DNA of 40,228 nucleotides from a virus (IMGVR_UViG_3300048577_000505:1-40228); one strand, 5' to 3'; numbered from the stretch's first letter, positions 7,612 to 16,860 are shown. Notes: generated from the letters alone by a model not told the origin. Made by a program: numbers and translations.

Positions 7612-8937
7612 ATGAACGACACACCAGACAAACCCCAGCACATCATCACGCTGGACATCGAGAACGTGAAGCGGCTCAAGGCCGCCCGGCTCTACCCGAA
7701 CGGAGACTCGCTCTTCGTCATCGGGGGCAACAACGCGCAGGGCAAAAGCTCCTGCCTCGACGCGATCATCTACGCGCTTTGCGGCACTCGCGCGGAATGC
7801 GAGATGCCCATCCGCGAAGGCCAGTCCACGGCCCGCGTGGTGATGGAGACCGAGGACCTCATCGTCTCGAAGCGCTGGTTTGAGGGCGGCAAGCCCACCC
7901 TCACGGTCACGGCCAAGGACGGGCGCAAGTTCAGCAGCCCGCAGACGCTTCTCGACAGCCTCATCGGGCGTGTGGCCCTCGATCCCCTTTCCTTCATGCG
8001 TCAGGACGCGAAGACGCAGGCCGAGACGCTCCGCAAGGTTCTCGGGATCGACACAACCGAGATGGACGAGGAGCGTCAGGACCTCTACGACCGGCGCACG
8101 CTCGTGAATCGGCAGCACGATGCCGCGCGGGCTCGGGCCGACAGCACGCCGCGGTATGCGGATGCCGGTTTCGCCGAGGTGCCGCTTGGGCCGATCATGG
8201 AGAAGATCACGGCCCTGAACTCGCACAACGCCGAGGTTTCCCGCGCCAAGGATGCCGCCGCCGCCAAGGCAAGGGAGCTGGCCGACGACGAGGCCAAGGT
8301 CAAGCGGGCCGAGGACGAAATCGCCCGCATCGAGTGCGAGCTTGCCAAGGCGCGCACGAACCGCGAGATGCTCATCGACTCCCTCGACATCGAGGCGCGG
8401 CGCAAGGCCGTGGCTGACGCGCTTGCCGCAGCCGACTTGCTCCAGCCTGACGACGCCAAGGCCCTGACCCAGGAACTCAGTGCGGCGCAGGACCGCAACG
8501 CCAAGGCCCGGGCGAACGCTACCGCGAAGGCGGCGATTGAGGAGGCGGCAAAGTTCTACGACGAGGCCGATTCCCTGACCCAGAAGATCAAGGCCATCGA
8601 CGAGGCCAAGCGTGAGGCGATCTCGGCGGCCACCTCGAAGCTCCCGATCAAGGGCCTGACGTACGAGGACGGCACGATCCTCTTCAACGGCAAGCCGCTG
8701 GCGCAGGCATCCACCGCCGAACAGATCGAAATCTCGTGCGCGATCGGGCTCCTCTGCGATCCGAAGCTCCGGCTCCTCATCGTCCGCGAGGGATCGGCAC
8801 TCGACGAAAAGGCTCTCGCGCTTCTCGCGGCCATCGCCCGGAAGTATGACGCGCAGGTCATCATGGAGCGGGTTGGCAAGGGCAAAGAGGCGTCCGTCAT
8901 CATCGAGGACGGCGAGGTTGAAGGGAGGGCCGAGTGA
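7612..8937 (+). CDS. SMC/Rad50-like ABC ATPase with coiled coil (AAA_23)
   Basis: ITLDIENVKRLK start, Walker A GGNNAQGKSS, long coiled coil, signature-like ASTAEQ, Walker B-like LLIVREG-SALD; ATG 7612 behind an A/C-rich leader. Confidence 0.85.
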   Translation: MNDTPDKPQHIITLDIENVKRLKAARLYPNGDSLFVIGGNNAQGKSSCLDAIIYALCGTRAECEMPIREGQSTARVVMETEDLIVSKRWFEGGKPTLTVTAKDGRKFSSPQTLLDSLIGRVALDPLSFMRQDAKTQAETLRKVLGIDTTEMDEERQDLYDRRTLVNRQHDAARARADSTPRYADAGFAEVPLGPIMEKITALNSHNAEVSRAKDAAAAKARELADDEAKVKRAEDEIARIECELAKARTNREMLIDSLDIEARRKAVADALAAADLLQPDDAKALTQELSAAQDRNAKARANATAKAAIEEAAKFYDEADSLTQKIKAIDEAKREAISAATSKLPIKGLTYEDGTILFNGKPLAQASTAEQIEISCAIGLLCDPKLRLLIVREGSALDEKALALLAAIARKYDAQVIMERVGKGKEASVIIEDGEVEGRAE

Positions 8938-10007
8938 TGGGCGCCGCAACGAAAATCTCATGGTGCGACAGCACCTTTAACCCGTGGATCGGCTGCACAA
9001 AGATCAGTCCGGCCTGCGCAAACTGCTACGCCGCCGACATGATGCACCGGTGGGGAAAAGACCTGTGGGGCCCGGGTAAGCCGCGTCAGCGCACGAGTGC
9101 CGCGAACTGGAAGCAGCCGCTGAAATGGGAGGCTGAGGCCGCCCGCACTGGCATCCGTCGCAAGGTGTTCTGCGGAAGCCTCTGCGACTGGCTCGACCCG
9201 GAGATTCCGATCGAGTGGCTGGCCGACCTGCTCGACCTCATCCGTCAGACGCCGCATCTCGACTGGTTGCTGCTCACTAAGAGGCCGGAGCAATGGCATT
9301 CTCGCATCTATGGTGCTTACACTCCGGAGGTAACAGGCGACAATCTGCCGCTACTCCAATGGATGAGCGACTGGCTCTGCGCATGGGAGGAGCGCCGGGG
9401 TTTCTCCCTGCCGCCGCATCATATGGGAAAGACGCCGCCCGCGAACGTCTGGATCGGCACAACAGTCGAGGATCAGGAGATGGCCGACAAGCGCATTCCT
9501 GAGCTTCTCAAGATTCCGGCGCGGGTGCGGTTTCTGAGCTGCGAGCCGCTTTTGGGGCCGATTGACCTTGCCAAATCGGCATGGGGTCAAGGACAGCCAC
9601 GCCCGCCGATGGAAGTGCAGGCTGGACAACTCACGGGCCACCCACTTGCCGGCATCGACTGGGTGATCTGCGGCGGCGAGAGCGGCCCGAAGGCCCGCCC
9701 GATGCACCCGGACTGGGCGCGGAGCCTGAGAGACCAATGCAAGGCCGCAGGCGTTCCGTTCTTCTTCAAGCAGTGGGGCGAGTGGGCGCCAGTCGAGGTT
9801 GAGGACGCCAGATTTGGCGAGGACCGTAATGTCGGGCATGTCGTCGATGTTCTTCCGTCTGGCGATGTAATGGACGGAATGGACGTATCATGCAACCCGC
9901 GTTCCGAGGCGATGGAACGCATCGGCAAAGCCCGCGCAGGGCACTTTCTCGACGGCATGGAGCTTCATGAGTTCCCGCGCGTGGGAAGCGAGGTGCGCAA
10001 TGCATGA
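8937..10007 (+). CDS. Phage Gp37Gp68 (DUF5131) family protein
   Basis: TKISWCDSTFNPWIGCTKISPACANCYA, LLTKRPE, RFLSCEPLLGPI, WVICGGESGP, FFFKQWGEW. Confidence 0.93.
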   Translation: MGAATKISWCDSTFNPWIGCTKISPACANCYAADMMHRWGKDLWGPGKPRQRTSAANWKQPLKWEAEAARTGIRRKVFCGSLCDWLDPEIPIEWLADLLDLIRQTPHLDWLLLTKRPEQWHSRIYGAYTPEVTGDNLPLLQWMSDWLCAWEERRGFSLPPHHMGKTPPANVWIGTTVEDQEMADKRIPELLKIPARVRFLSCEPLLGPIDLAKSAWGQGQPRPPMEVQAGQLTGHPLAGIDWVICGGESGPKARPMHPDWARSLRDQCKAAGVPFFFKQWGEWAPVEVEDARFGEDRNVGHVVDVLPSGDVMDGMDVSCNPRSEAMERIGKARAGHFLDGMELHEFPRVGSEVRNA

Positions 10008-10404
10008 CCCATACTTGGAGTACTGCTTGGACACTTACCAACTCCCGAGCGAATGGCGGTGGTTTAGGTGGGAGGCGCTTCCCCGTGGGCGCGCGAGATT
10101 TGATTCCGCGACGCACATTCAGATCACCGGGGCGGTCTGCACGGCCAAGATAACCAGAGGAAAACGTGAAGGGCAGGACAACTGGGGAATGCGGGATAAA
10201 TCCACCGAGAAAACCTTTGTGTTTGCCGTCAAGGACTTCGAGGCATGGCAGCTTGAGCGTGAGCGCAAGACCGGAAAGTGCTTCGAGTGCTACGGGACCG
10301 GACAGGCATGGGCAGGTTGGAGTGCGGAAACTGGGACACGATACCGCACCTGCCGCCGTTGCAACGGCACTGGAAAGGCCCCGGAAAGCGAGGCGCGGTC
10401 ATGA
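10000..10404 (+). CDS. Hypothetical protein with DnaJ-type CxxCxGxG zinc finger
   Basis: CFECYGTG...CRRCNGTG at the C-terminus. Confidence 0.7.
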   Translation: MHDPYLEYCLDTYQLPSEWRWFRWEALPRGRARFDSATHIQITGAVCTAKITRGKREGQDNWGMRDKSTEKTFVFAVKDFEAWQLERERKTGKCFECYGTGQAWAGWSAETGTRYRTCRRCNGTGKAPESEARS

Positions 10405-10709
10405 TACTCCTATCCGACAAGCCCATTGGTTTTCGAGTGGATGGGAACCGTATACTTACCCACAACGGACCCGGATTTAAGGCTTTCCGCGCAAAGATGT
10501 GCGAACACCTAGAAGAATTGGCCGTGCGTTATTACGCCGGAGACGTAACCGTAGTGGACGAGTTTTTGCAGCTCTACTGCATCGGCGAGAACGCTCGAAA
10601 TGAGCGTGAGGCGAATGAGAATGAGGCAAACGGAGACAAATCCTACTTCGTATTCGCCCCTAAATCGATGCGGGCCGAGACATCGGAAAGCGAGGCCAGC
10701 CATGACTGA
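10401..10709 (+). CDS. Hypothetical protein
   Basis: ATGA overlap with upstream gene; 102 aa. Confidence 0.6.
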   Translation: MILLSDKPIGFRVDGNRILTHNGPGFKAFRAKMCEHLEELAVRYYAGDVTVVDEFLQLYCIGENARNEREANENEANGDKSYFVFAPKSMRAETSESEASHD

Positions 10710-11403
10710 GCATCCTATCCTATTCAGCGGTCCGATGGTCCGCGCGATCCTTGAGGGCCGCAAGACGCAGACACGCAGGCCGGTCAACATCCTGAACGGA
10801 TGGGAACCCTTGGAGAATGACGGAAAGATCGTCCTAGGAAGATGCATGGATGACGACGCGCGTCCCCATCAAAAGAAGTTTGGGGTCATTATCAGATGTC
10901 CTTTCGACACAGAAAAAGGGCTGTTTCAGCACGATGTTATCCCGTGCCCATTCGGCAAGCCCGGAGACCTGCTTTGGGTGCGCGAGACATGGCGCGCGTA
11001 TGAACTTCGCTGCGAGGATGGAATCCAATTCAGGGTTGACATGGCCGTATCACATATACCGGACTCTCTAGACGAGAATGCTGCACTTGAGTTTTGCAAC
11101 GCGCTAGGCGTTGGCGATTCGCCGAGAAAAGGAATGCGGAAACCATCCATCCACATGCCGCGCTGGGCGAGCCGCATCACCCTGCGCATCAAGTCCGTCC
11201 GCGTTCAGCGCGTGCAGGACATTAGCGAAGCCGATGCTATCGCTGAGGGATTTCCAAACCCCGACGGAACAAACCGGGATTTCCCGGATCGCGCCCGCTA
11301 CTGGTTTAAAACCAACTGGCAGTTCATCTACAAAAACTGGGATGCCAACCCGTGGGTATGGGCCATCGAGTTCGAGCGCGTGGAAAGCGAGGGGCAGCCA
11401 TGA
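10702..11403 (+). CDS. ASCH/PUA-like domain phage protein
   Basis: PILFSGPMVRAILEGRKTQTRR, CPFGKPGDLLWVRETW, PSIHMPRWASRITL, QDISEADAIAEG, NPWVWAIEF. Confidence 0.85.
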   Translation: MTEHPILFSGPMVRAILEGRKTQTRRPVNILNGWEPLENDGKIVLGRCMDDDARPHQKKFGVIIRCPFDTEKGLFQHDVIPCPFGKPGDLLWVRETWRAYELRCEDGIQFRVDMAVSHIPDSLDENAALEFCNALGVGDSPRKGMRKPSIHMPRWASRITLRIKSVRVQRVQDISEADAIAEGFPNPDGTNRDFPDRARYWFKTNWQFIYKNWDANPWVWAIEFERVESEGQP

Positions 11404-11651
11404 ACAAGGAAGAACTGTTCAATCTAGAGCGCGAGGTTATCGGATCGGTAAAACGGTTGGACGATGCCTGCGAATCTATGTGGCCAATTGGATCAAGAGT
11501 CGAGGTTCGGCTTAACACGAGGCAGAGAACACTGTCGCACGGAACCGTCATTGATTGGTGGAAGGGATATGCGAGGGTCCGCCTAGACTCCATCAACCGG
11601 CGCGGAAAACACACAGTGCGGAGCGTCTATTTCAAGGAGGTGCAGTCATGA
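11400..11651 (+). CDS. Hypothetical protein
   Basis: ATGA overlaps at both ends; 83 aa. Confidence 0.6.
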   Translation: MNKEELFNLEREVIGSVKRLDDACESMWPIGSRVEVRLNTRQRTLSHGTVIDWWKGYARVRLDSINRRGKHTVRSVYFKEVQS

Positions 11652-11896
11652 GAACGCTCTTTATCGCACTGTTGCTCGGGGCGTTCATCACGTTCCGCTG
11701 CATCCAAAACGAGAAGATCGTCATTGCCTCGATCGACGTTGACAGAATCGAGGCCGTCGTTTCGCAGGACGGCAAGACATACATTGTCTTCAAGCGGTGG
11801 ATCACATCAGGCTCGCAGCAAATTGACGAGTCCATCGAGTCGGCGACAAAACGCATCAACGAGGCAAAGGCAGGGAAGGAGGCTCGCCATGAGTGA
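11648..11896 (+). CDS. Hypothetical protein with hydrophobic N-terminus
   Basis: MRTLFIALLLGAFITF; AGGAGG upstream; 82 aa. Confidence 0.55.
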   Translation: MRTLFIALLLGAFITFRCIQNEKIVIASIDVDRIEAVVSQDGKTYIVFKRWITSGSQQIDESIESATKRINEAKAGKEARHE

Positions 11897-13016
11897 CGAC
11901 CTCACCATCTTGCAGGGGGACGCGCTGGAGCAGCTCAAGACGCTGCCCGCCGAGTCCGTCCAGTGTGTCGTGACCTCGCCACCGTACTGGGGCCTGCGAG
12001 ATTATGGTGCGGAAGGACAAATCGGGCGCGAGGAAACGCTAGGCGAGTTCCTCGCGAAGCTCGTGGACGTGTTCGAGGAAGTGCGCCGCGTGCTACGTAA
12101 TGACGGCATTTGTTGGGTCAACATGGGGGATTGTTACGCTGGGCGCGGAACATCGGCGGATGAAGTCGATAAGCGGCATTTCGGTCGCCGCTACGTGAAC
12201 GGGCAGAACAACGGAGGAGGGTGCACTTCGTGGAGCAATCGGGCGCAGTCTCGATCGAAGACTACGGGCGGCGGCATCAAACCGAAAGACCTCACGCTGC
12301 AACCTCACCGGCTCGCCATCGCGCTGCAAGACGCGGGTTGGTGGGTGCGCGACGATATCGTGTGGCACAAGCCGAATCCAATGCCGGAAAGCTGCACGGA
12401 TCGCCCGACACGGGCACACGAATACATCTTCCTTCTGACGAAATCTCCGCGCTACTATTACAACGCCGATGCCATCCGGAACCCCCCGAGTGAGGCTCTG
12501 AAACAACAGGTCCGGGAAGGTTACAACGGGCAGGCGACGAAGGACTTTTCCGGCGCAGGCGTGCAGGATGCCAGCGAGGTGAAGCGGCGCACGATCGAGG
12601 GACAGCGCAAGCGCATCGAGAGGGCCCGCCAAAAGGTTCCCGGCGGATGGGATACAAAGCTGGGCGCACATGGGACGATCCACAGAGAAGGTCAGTCGAG
12701 ATGCGAATACACTGACGCCGAATTGAACGCATGCGGAGCAAATGCCAGAAGCGTCTGGACGATCAACACGCAGCGTTATGACGGCGCGCATTTCGCAACC
12801 TTCCCGGAGGAGTTGCCGCGCCGGTGCATTCTCGCGGGATCCCGGCCCGGCGATCTCATCCTCGATCCTTTCGGAGGATCTGGAACAACAGCTTTCGTTG
12901 CTCTCGGACTTGGCCGCCGCGCCGTGACAATCGAACTGAACCCGGATTACGTCGCCCTGATCCGCGAACGATGCGGGCTCTTCGCCCTGCCAACGGAGGC
13001 GGCGCAAGGCGCATGA
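11889..13016 (+). CDS. Orphan N4-cytosine/N6-adenine DNA methyltransferase (beta class)
   Basis: Motif IV VTSPPY before motif I ILDPFGGSGTT; HFATFP; SPPY suggests m4C. Confidence 0.93.
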   Translation: MSDDLTILQGDALEQLKTLPAESVQCVVTSPPYWGLRDYGAEGQIGREETLGEFLAKLVDVFEEVRRVLRNDGICWVNMGDCYAGRGTSADEVDKRHFGRRYVNGQNNGGGCTSWSNRAQSRSKTTGGGIKPKDLTLQPHRLAIALQDAGWWVRDDIVWHKPNPMPESCTDRPTRAHEYIFLLTKSPRYYYNADAIRNPPSEALKQQVREGYNGQATKDFSGAGVQDASEVKRRTIEGQRKRIERARQKVPGGWDTKLGAHGTIHREGQSRCEYTDAELNACGANARSVWTINTQRYDGAHFATFPEELPRRCILAGSRPGDLILDPFGGSGTTAFVALGLGRRAVTIELNPDYVALIRERCGLFALPTEAAQGA

Positions 13017-13609
13017 ACACGGAAGAAATAGAGTGTGCGCTCATGCGTCAACTGATGCTGCGCGGCGGATTGTTCCTCCCGCACTACACCCCGCCAAAAT
13101 GGTGGGAGTGCGATGTGTTTGAGCTGACAAAATCTGGATACGGCGTCGAATACGAAGTCAAGGTCAGCCATGCGGACTTTCTGGCCGACTCAAAAAAGGA
13201 GCGGACACGCTCGCGCAGGAAGACCAATGAGTCCGGCGAGTTCCTCGGGTACGAAGACTATACGACGAACAAGCACGAACTTCTCGCCGGGCATTCTGAT
13301 ACCGGCCCATCCCGCTTCTACTACGTTGCCCCGGCTGGCTTGATTTCCCGCGAGGAGCTTCCCGCTTGGGCTGGCCTGATCGAGACCACGGTTAAAACCG
13401 GGCAGGAAAGTTGGGCAAGCCCAACAATCCCAGGCCGAATTATCTTAAACGAAGTGCGGATAATCCTGAGCGAGGTCGTGAACGCTCCGCAGTTGCACCG
13501 GGTGAAAGTCGAAGGCGACAGGCTGACCGACATCTTCAAGACCGGATACTACCGCTACCGCTCCCAATACTGGGAAAAAATCAAGGTCGAGAAAGTGGGG
13601 GTGGCATGA
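13013..13609 (+). CDS. MmcB-like PD-(D/E)XK fold protein
   Basis: ECDVFEL...EYEVKVSHADFLAD..K, RFYYVAPAGLI...LPAWAGLI. Confidence 0.7.
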   Translation: MNTEEIECALMRQLMLRGGLFLPHYTPPKWWECDVFELTKSGYGVEYEVKVSHADFLADSKKERTRSRRKTNESGEFLGYEDYTTNKHELLAGHSDTGPSRFYYVAPAGLISREELPAWAGLIETTVKTGQESWASPTIPGRIILNEVRIILSEVVNAPQLHRVKVEGDRLTDIFKTGYYRYRSQYWEKIKVEKVGVA

Positions 13610-13920
13610 AGCGCACGCCACTCAAGCGCAAGACGCCGTTGCGGCGAGGCAAGGCCAAGCTCAAGCGCACGAAGCTGCGCCAGGTATCCAAGCGCCAGAG
13701 GGCCAAGTTGGATCTGTACACGGCCCAGCGCCGCGTCTTCCTCGCAGCGCACCCGAAGTGCCAAGTGTGCGGGGAAAGGCCCGCCACGGATGTGCACCAC
13801 ATGGCCGGGAGAGGAATCCGCCTGAACGACGAGAGCACCTTCCTCGCGACCTGCCGGGCATGCCACGACTGGATTCATGCCCACCCAGCGGAAGCACGGG
13901 AACGGGGATTCCTTGCGTAA
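13606..13920 (+). CDS. HNH endonuclease
   Basis: CQVC...ATDVHHMAGRG...TCRACHDWIH; basic N-terminus. Confidence 0.85.
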   Translation: MKRTPLKRKTPLRRGKAKLKRTKLRQVSKRQRAKLDLYTAQRRVFLAAHPKCQVCGERPATDVHHMAGRGIRLNDESTFLATCRACHDWIHAHPAEARERGFLA

Positions 13921-13950
13921 AAATGTGCATACCGTAAAATACGGTATTGA
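13913..13950 (+). promoter_or_regulatory. Promoter of the MuF locus overlapped by the 25-bp operator
   Basis: TTGCGT 13913-13918, N16, TAAAAT 13935-13940; TGCATACCGT-AAAAT-ACGGTATTGA at 13926-13950. Confidence 0.7.
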
Positions 13951-13990
13951 TTTATAAGCAATTCTTATAAAGATTATGCACCGGAAATGT

Positions 13991-14062
13991 AGAGCGGCAG
14001 TCGCGGGACGGGCAACTTTCGCAGAGAGGCCGGATATGCGAATGCCCCGCCCCGCCCGCTCT
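13991..14062 (+). promoter_or_regulatory. Long imperfect hairpin in the 5' leader of the MuF gene
   Basis: AGAGCGG/CCGCTCT outer stem, GCGGGACGGGCA/TGCCCCGCCCCGC middle, TTCGCA/TGCGAA inner; ends 8 nt before ATG 14071. Confidence 0.55.
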
Positions 14063-14070
14063 CTCAAGCC

Positions 14071-16860
14071 ATGAGAGACCTCACAAAGCCAGAGCTCTTC
14101 AAGGACGCGGCCAAGAAGTTCGACCGACGCCTCACCATCGGCAGCCAGATGAACACCGCCGAATGGGCCAAGGTGCCGGTGGCCCTACGCAACCGCGCGT
14201 TCATGTCCGCGCGCGTCGAGAACGCGCAATTCCTCCAAGCCTCGCGCGACTTCCTAAACGGGTTCCTCCGGGATACCCGCGTGACGCTGCCAGACGGGCG
14301 AGAGGCCCTCAAGGCGGGCGGACGCGCCCAGTTCGTCCGGGAAATGCAGAAGAAGGCGATGGAGCTGGGACTCGGCCCCCTAGGGAAAACTCCGATCACG
14401 GACGTGCGCAACGAATCCAGATTGAAGCTGATTTTCGACACGAATAGGAAGGCGGCTCAGGATTACGGGAACTTCAAGCAGGGCATGGACCCCGATGTCC
14501 TGAACGAGTTTCCCTGCCAGCGATTCATCCGCGTCGCGAGGGTGGACGAGCCGAGGCCCTCCCACGAGGCGCACAAGGGCGAGGTCCACCGCAAGGACGA
14601 TCTCCAGTTTTGGATCGACATGAATCCTGACTTCGGGGTGCCTTGGGGCCCATGGGGGTTCAACTCGCAGATGGGAGTCGAGGACGTTGGCCGAGACGAG
14701 GCCGAGAGCATGGGGCTTGTCCAGCCGGGCGAGGTTATCCAGCCCAAGGACGCCGACTTCAACCGCGACCTGAGCGCCAGCGTGGCGGGGATCGACCCGG
14801 ACATCCTGCACGAGCTCAAGCATTCACTCGGGGACGCGGCAGAGATCGACGAATCGAAGGGCCGCATCCGCTGGACAGGCACAAACTGGAAGCCTGATAG
14901 CACCTCCCCCACTCCGCCAAGAAAGCCAAAGCAGCAACCCCAGCCCAAGGAAGAGGCCGCTCCAAGGACGCGGGCTTTCCCGACGGATCCCAATGCGCTC
15001 GAAGATGTCCGATCGCTCGGCGGATCGACAGGGGCCAAGCTCGTCCGTGATGCCTCAACCGGGGAGCTTTACGTGAGAAAGCGCGGGGCGACCCCGGCTC
15101 ACATCCGCGAAGAGACGGCGGCTGATGCCGCGTACTCAGCGATGGGCGTACGCGTCCCAGAAGGAAAGCTATACGAGACTCCAGACGGCCCCGTGAAGCT
15201 GACGCGCTATATCGAGGGACAGAGCCTCAAGGACTTCCTTTCCAAGGCCACGCCGGCGCAAAGGGCTGAAATCCTTGCTCAGATTCAACGCGACCTTGGC
15301 GCGGACGCTCTCCTCGGGAATTGGGATGTAGTCGGGGCCGGTCTCGACAACATTCTCGTGGACAAGGCTGGGGCGGCGTGGCGCATCGACAACGGAGGCT
15401 CGCTCAGGTTTCGCGCGCAGGGAGCTCCCAAGTCCGCGGAGGACTTTGGGGAGTATGTTCCGGAGCTCTGGAGCATGCGCGGGAAGGCGTTCAACGGGTA
15501 TTGGTCCTCCAAGCCGCCAGACCCGAGGCAGGTTGAGATCTTTGGAGGTTCGGATTTCTACACGATTGCGCAGCGTTGGAAGAGCTACGACAAGAACACC
15601 ATCCTTGCCGCCGTTCCGGAGGAGATTCGCCCCACAGTGGCGGCGCGATTCGACAACTTGGATTCCGTGATGCGCAAAGCTCGCGAGTTTCAGGCGACAT
15701 CATGGAAGTCGGATTATGCCGACGATCTCGGGCAACACATGATGGCCCTGCGCAAGGAGGGGATTATCAAGAGCCTGCCGAAAGAGCTCAAGCAGTCCCC
15801 AGAAAGCACGCATCTCATCGATGAGCATGGAAAACCGTTTGACGACCTTCGCACGAGTGGGGCAATCGTTGCCGACATCAAGAATGTGAGCGATCCCTAC
15901 TATGCGCCCGTCACAGACGCCATCAAGACGATCAACCATCATGTTCTTTTCGGAGACGCAAAATGGAACACGGCGAAGATCGCGGCGGCAAAGCAGGCAC
16001 TCACCGATCTCGCTGCATCATCGGATGCAGGCATCAAGTCCCACTATGCTGATGCCGCAAAGAAACTCTCAGCGGCAATTTCGGCCATTGAGTCCGGAAA
16101 AAATCCGATCCCGGTAAATACATGGGTGATGGCATACAACCGCCCTGCGGGAGGAGTCGAAAAACCCCTTGAATCCATACCTCAACGCTTGGAATCCTAC
16201 CTCAAGAAAATTGGGGCAGAAAACGGAATCAAGGCGATTGACGCATGGATGTCTTCGCACGCCGGGCATTCGTGGGACTCGCAGGCGCAGGCATACAAGG
16301 CATGGATCGCTACAAAGGTTTCCATCCCAGCAGAAAAGGTATGGTGGAGGAACCGGAAAAGCACTGCCGACACCCACCTCGCCCAACTCACGAGCCTTTT
16401 CCCGTCTGCGGAGGTGGCATTCACCGCCCGGCACGCGCTCGTGCAGGAGATTCTTGCAACGGTGGACACTCGATACAACGACAGGCGCCGGCGCCTTGTC
16501 CGACTTGTCCGAACGGAACAGAAGGACATCGTAAAGAAGAACGGACTGAAGATCGGAACGCAATGCACGTTCCCGCGGGGTCTCAACGAAAGCACCAGCA
16601 TTTTCCAGAGGACGACCGTGCATGGTACAGAAAACTTCGTTTACATCTTGCCGCATAGCCGTATCACAGACCTCTACATGTTCGAACGCTCCAATAAGAG
16701 GGGGAGCAGCAGTTTTCTTTCCGACTCTGAAAACGAATACACGGCAGTGATTGCCGACCTTCCAGCCTTCTATGTCAAAAATGTCAGGTTCGACGACCCC
16801 AGCCGAAACGCCGAGGATTGGGGTTTTGACCTGTCTGAAACACTCAAGTTAACGGAATGA
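14071..16860 (+). CDS. muF: MuF (SPP1 gp7-like minor head protein) fused to a HipA/PI3-4K-like kinase domain and a putative ADP-ribosyltransferase domain
   Basis: MuF motifs RLKLIFDTN, DEPRPSH, DDLQFW, PWGFN; kinase motifs LGGSTGA, YVRK, REETAA..Y..MGVRVP, NWDVVG...DNIL, IDNG; ART-like VRTE, ESTS, ENE. Confidence 0.8.
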   Translation: MRDLTKPELFKDAAKKFDRRLTIGSQMNTAEWAKVPVALRNRAFMSARVENAQFLQASRDFLNGFLRDTRVTLPDGREALKAGGRAQFVREMQKKAMELGLGPLGKTPITDVRNESRLKLIFDTNRKAAQDYGNFKQGMDPDVLNEFPCQRFIRVARVDEPRPSHEAHKGEVHRKDDLQFWIDMNPDFGVPWGPWGFNSQMGVEDVGRDEAESMGLVQPGEVIQPKDADFNRDLSASVAGIDPDILHELKHSLGDAAEIDESKGRIRWTGTNWKPDSTSPTPPRKPKQQPQPKEEAAPRTRAFPTDPNALEDVRSLGGSTGAKLVRDASTGELYVRKRGATPAHIREETAADAAYSAMGVRVPEGKLYETPDGPVKLTRYIEGQSLKDFLSKATPAQRAEILAQIQRDLGADALLGNWDVVGAGLDNILVDKAGAAWRIDNGGSLRFRAQGAPKSAEDFGEYVPELWSMRGKAFNGYWSSKPPDPRQVEIFGGSDFYTIAQRWKSYDKNTILAAVPEEIRPTVAARFDNLDSVMRKAREFQATSWKSDYADDLGQHMMALRKEGIIKSLPKELKQSPESTHLIDEHGKPFDDLRTSGAIVADIKNVSDPYYAPVTDAIKTINHHVLFGDAKWNTAKIAAAKQALTDLAASSDAGIKSHYADAAKKLSAAISAIESGKNPIPVNTWVMAYNRPAGGVEKPLESIPQRLESYLKKIGAENGIKAIDAWMSSHAGHSWDSQAQAYKAWIATKVSIPAEKVWWRNRKSTADTHLAQLTSLFPSAEVAFTARHALVQEILATVDTRYNDRRRRLVRLVRTEQKDIVKKNGLKIGTQCTFPRGLNESTSIFQRTTVHGTENFVYILPHSRITDLYMFERSNKRGSSSFLSDSENEYTAVIADLPAFYVKNVRFDDPSRNAEDWGFDLSETLKLTE

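Noticed and set aside
7585-8961. Long minus-strand ORFs (458 aa here; also 23061-24056, 24925-25791, 35283-36644, 38082-39062, 17599-18723)
   Set aside because: Antisense shadows of GC3-rich + strand genes with clear motifs; no recognisable domains
11889-13920. Methyltransferase plus adjacent nucleases as a restriction-modification system
   Set aside because: MmcB-like and small HNH genes are common phage accessory genes; orphan methyltransferases are routine and nothing supports a cognate REase
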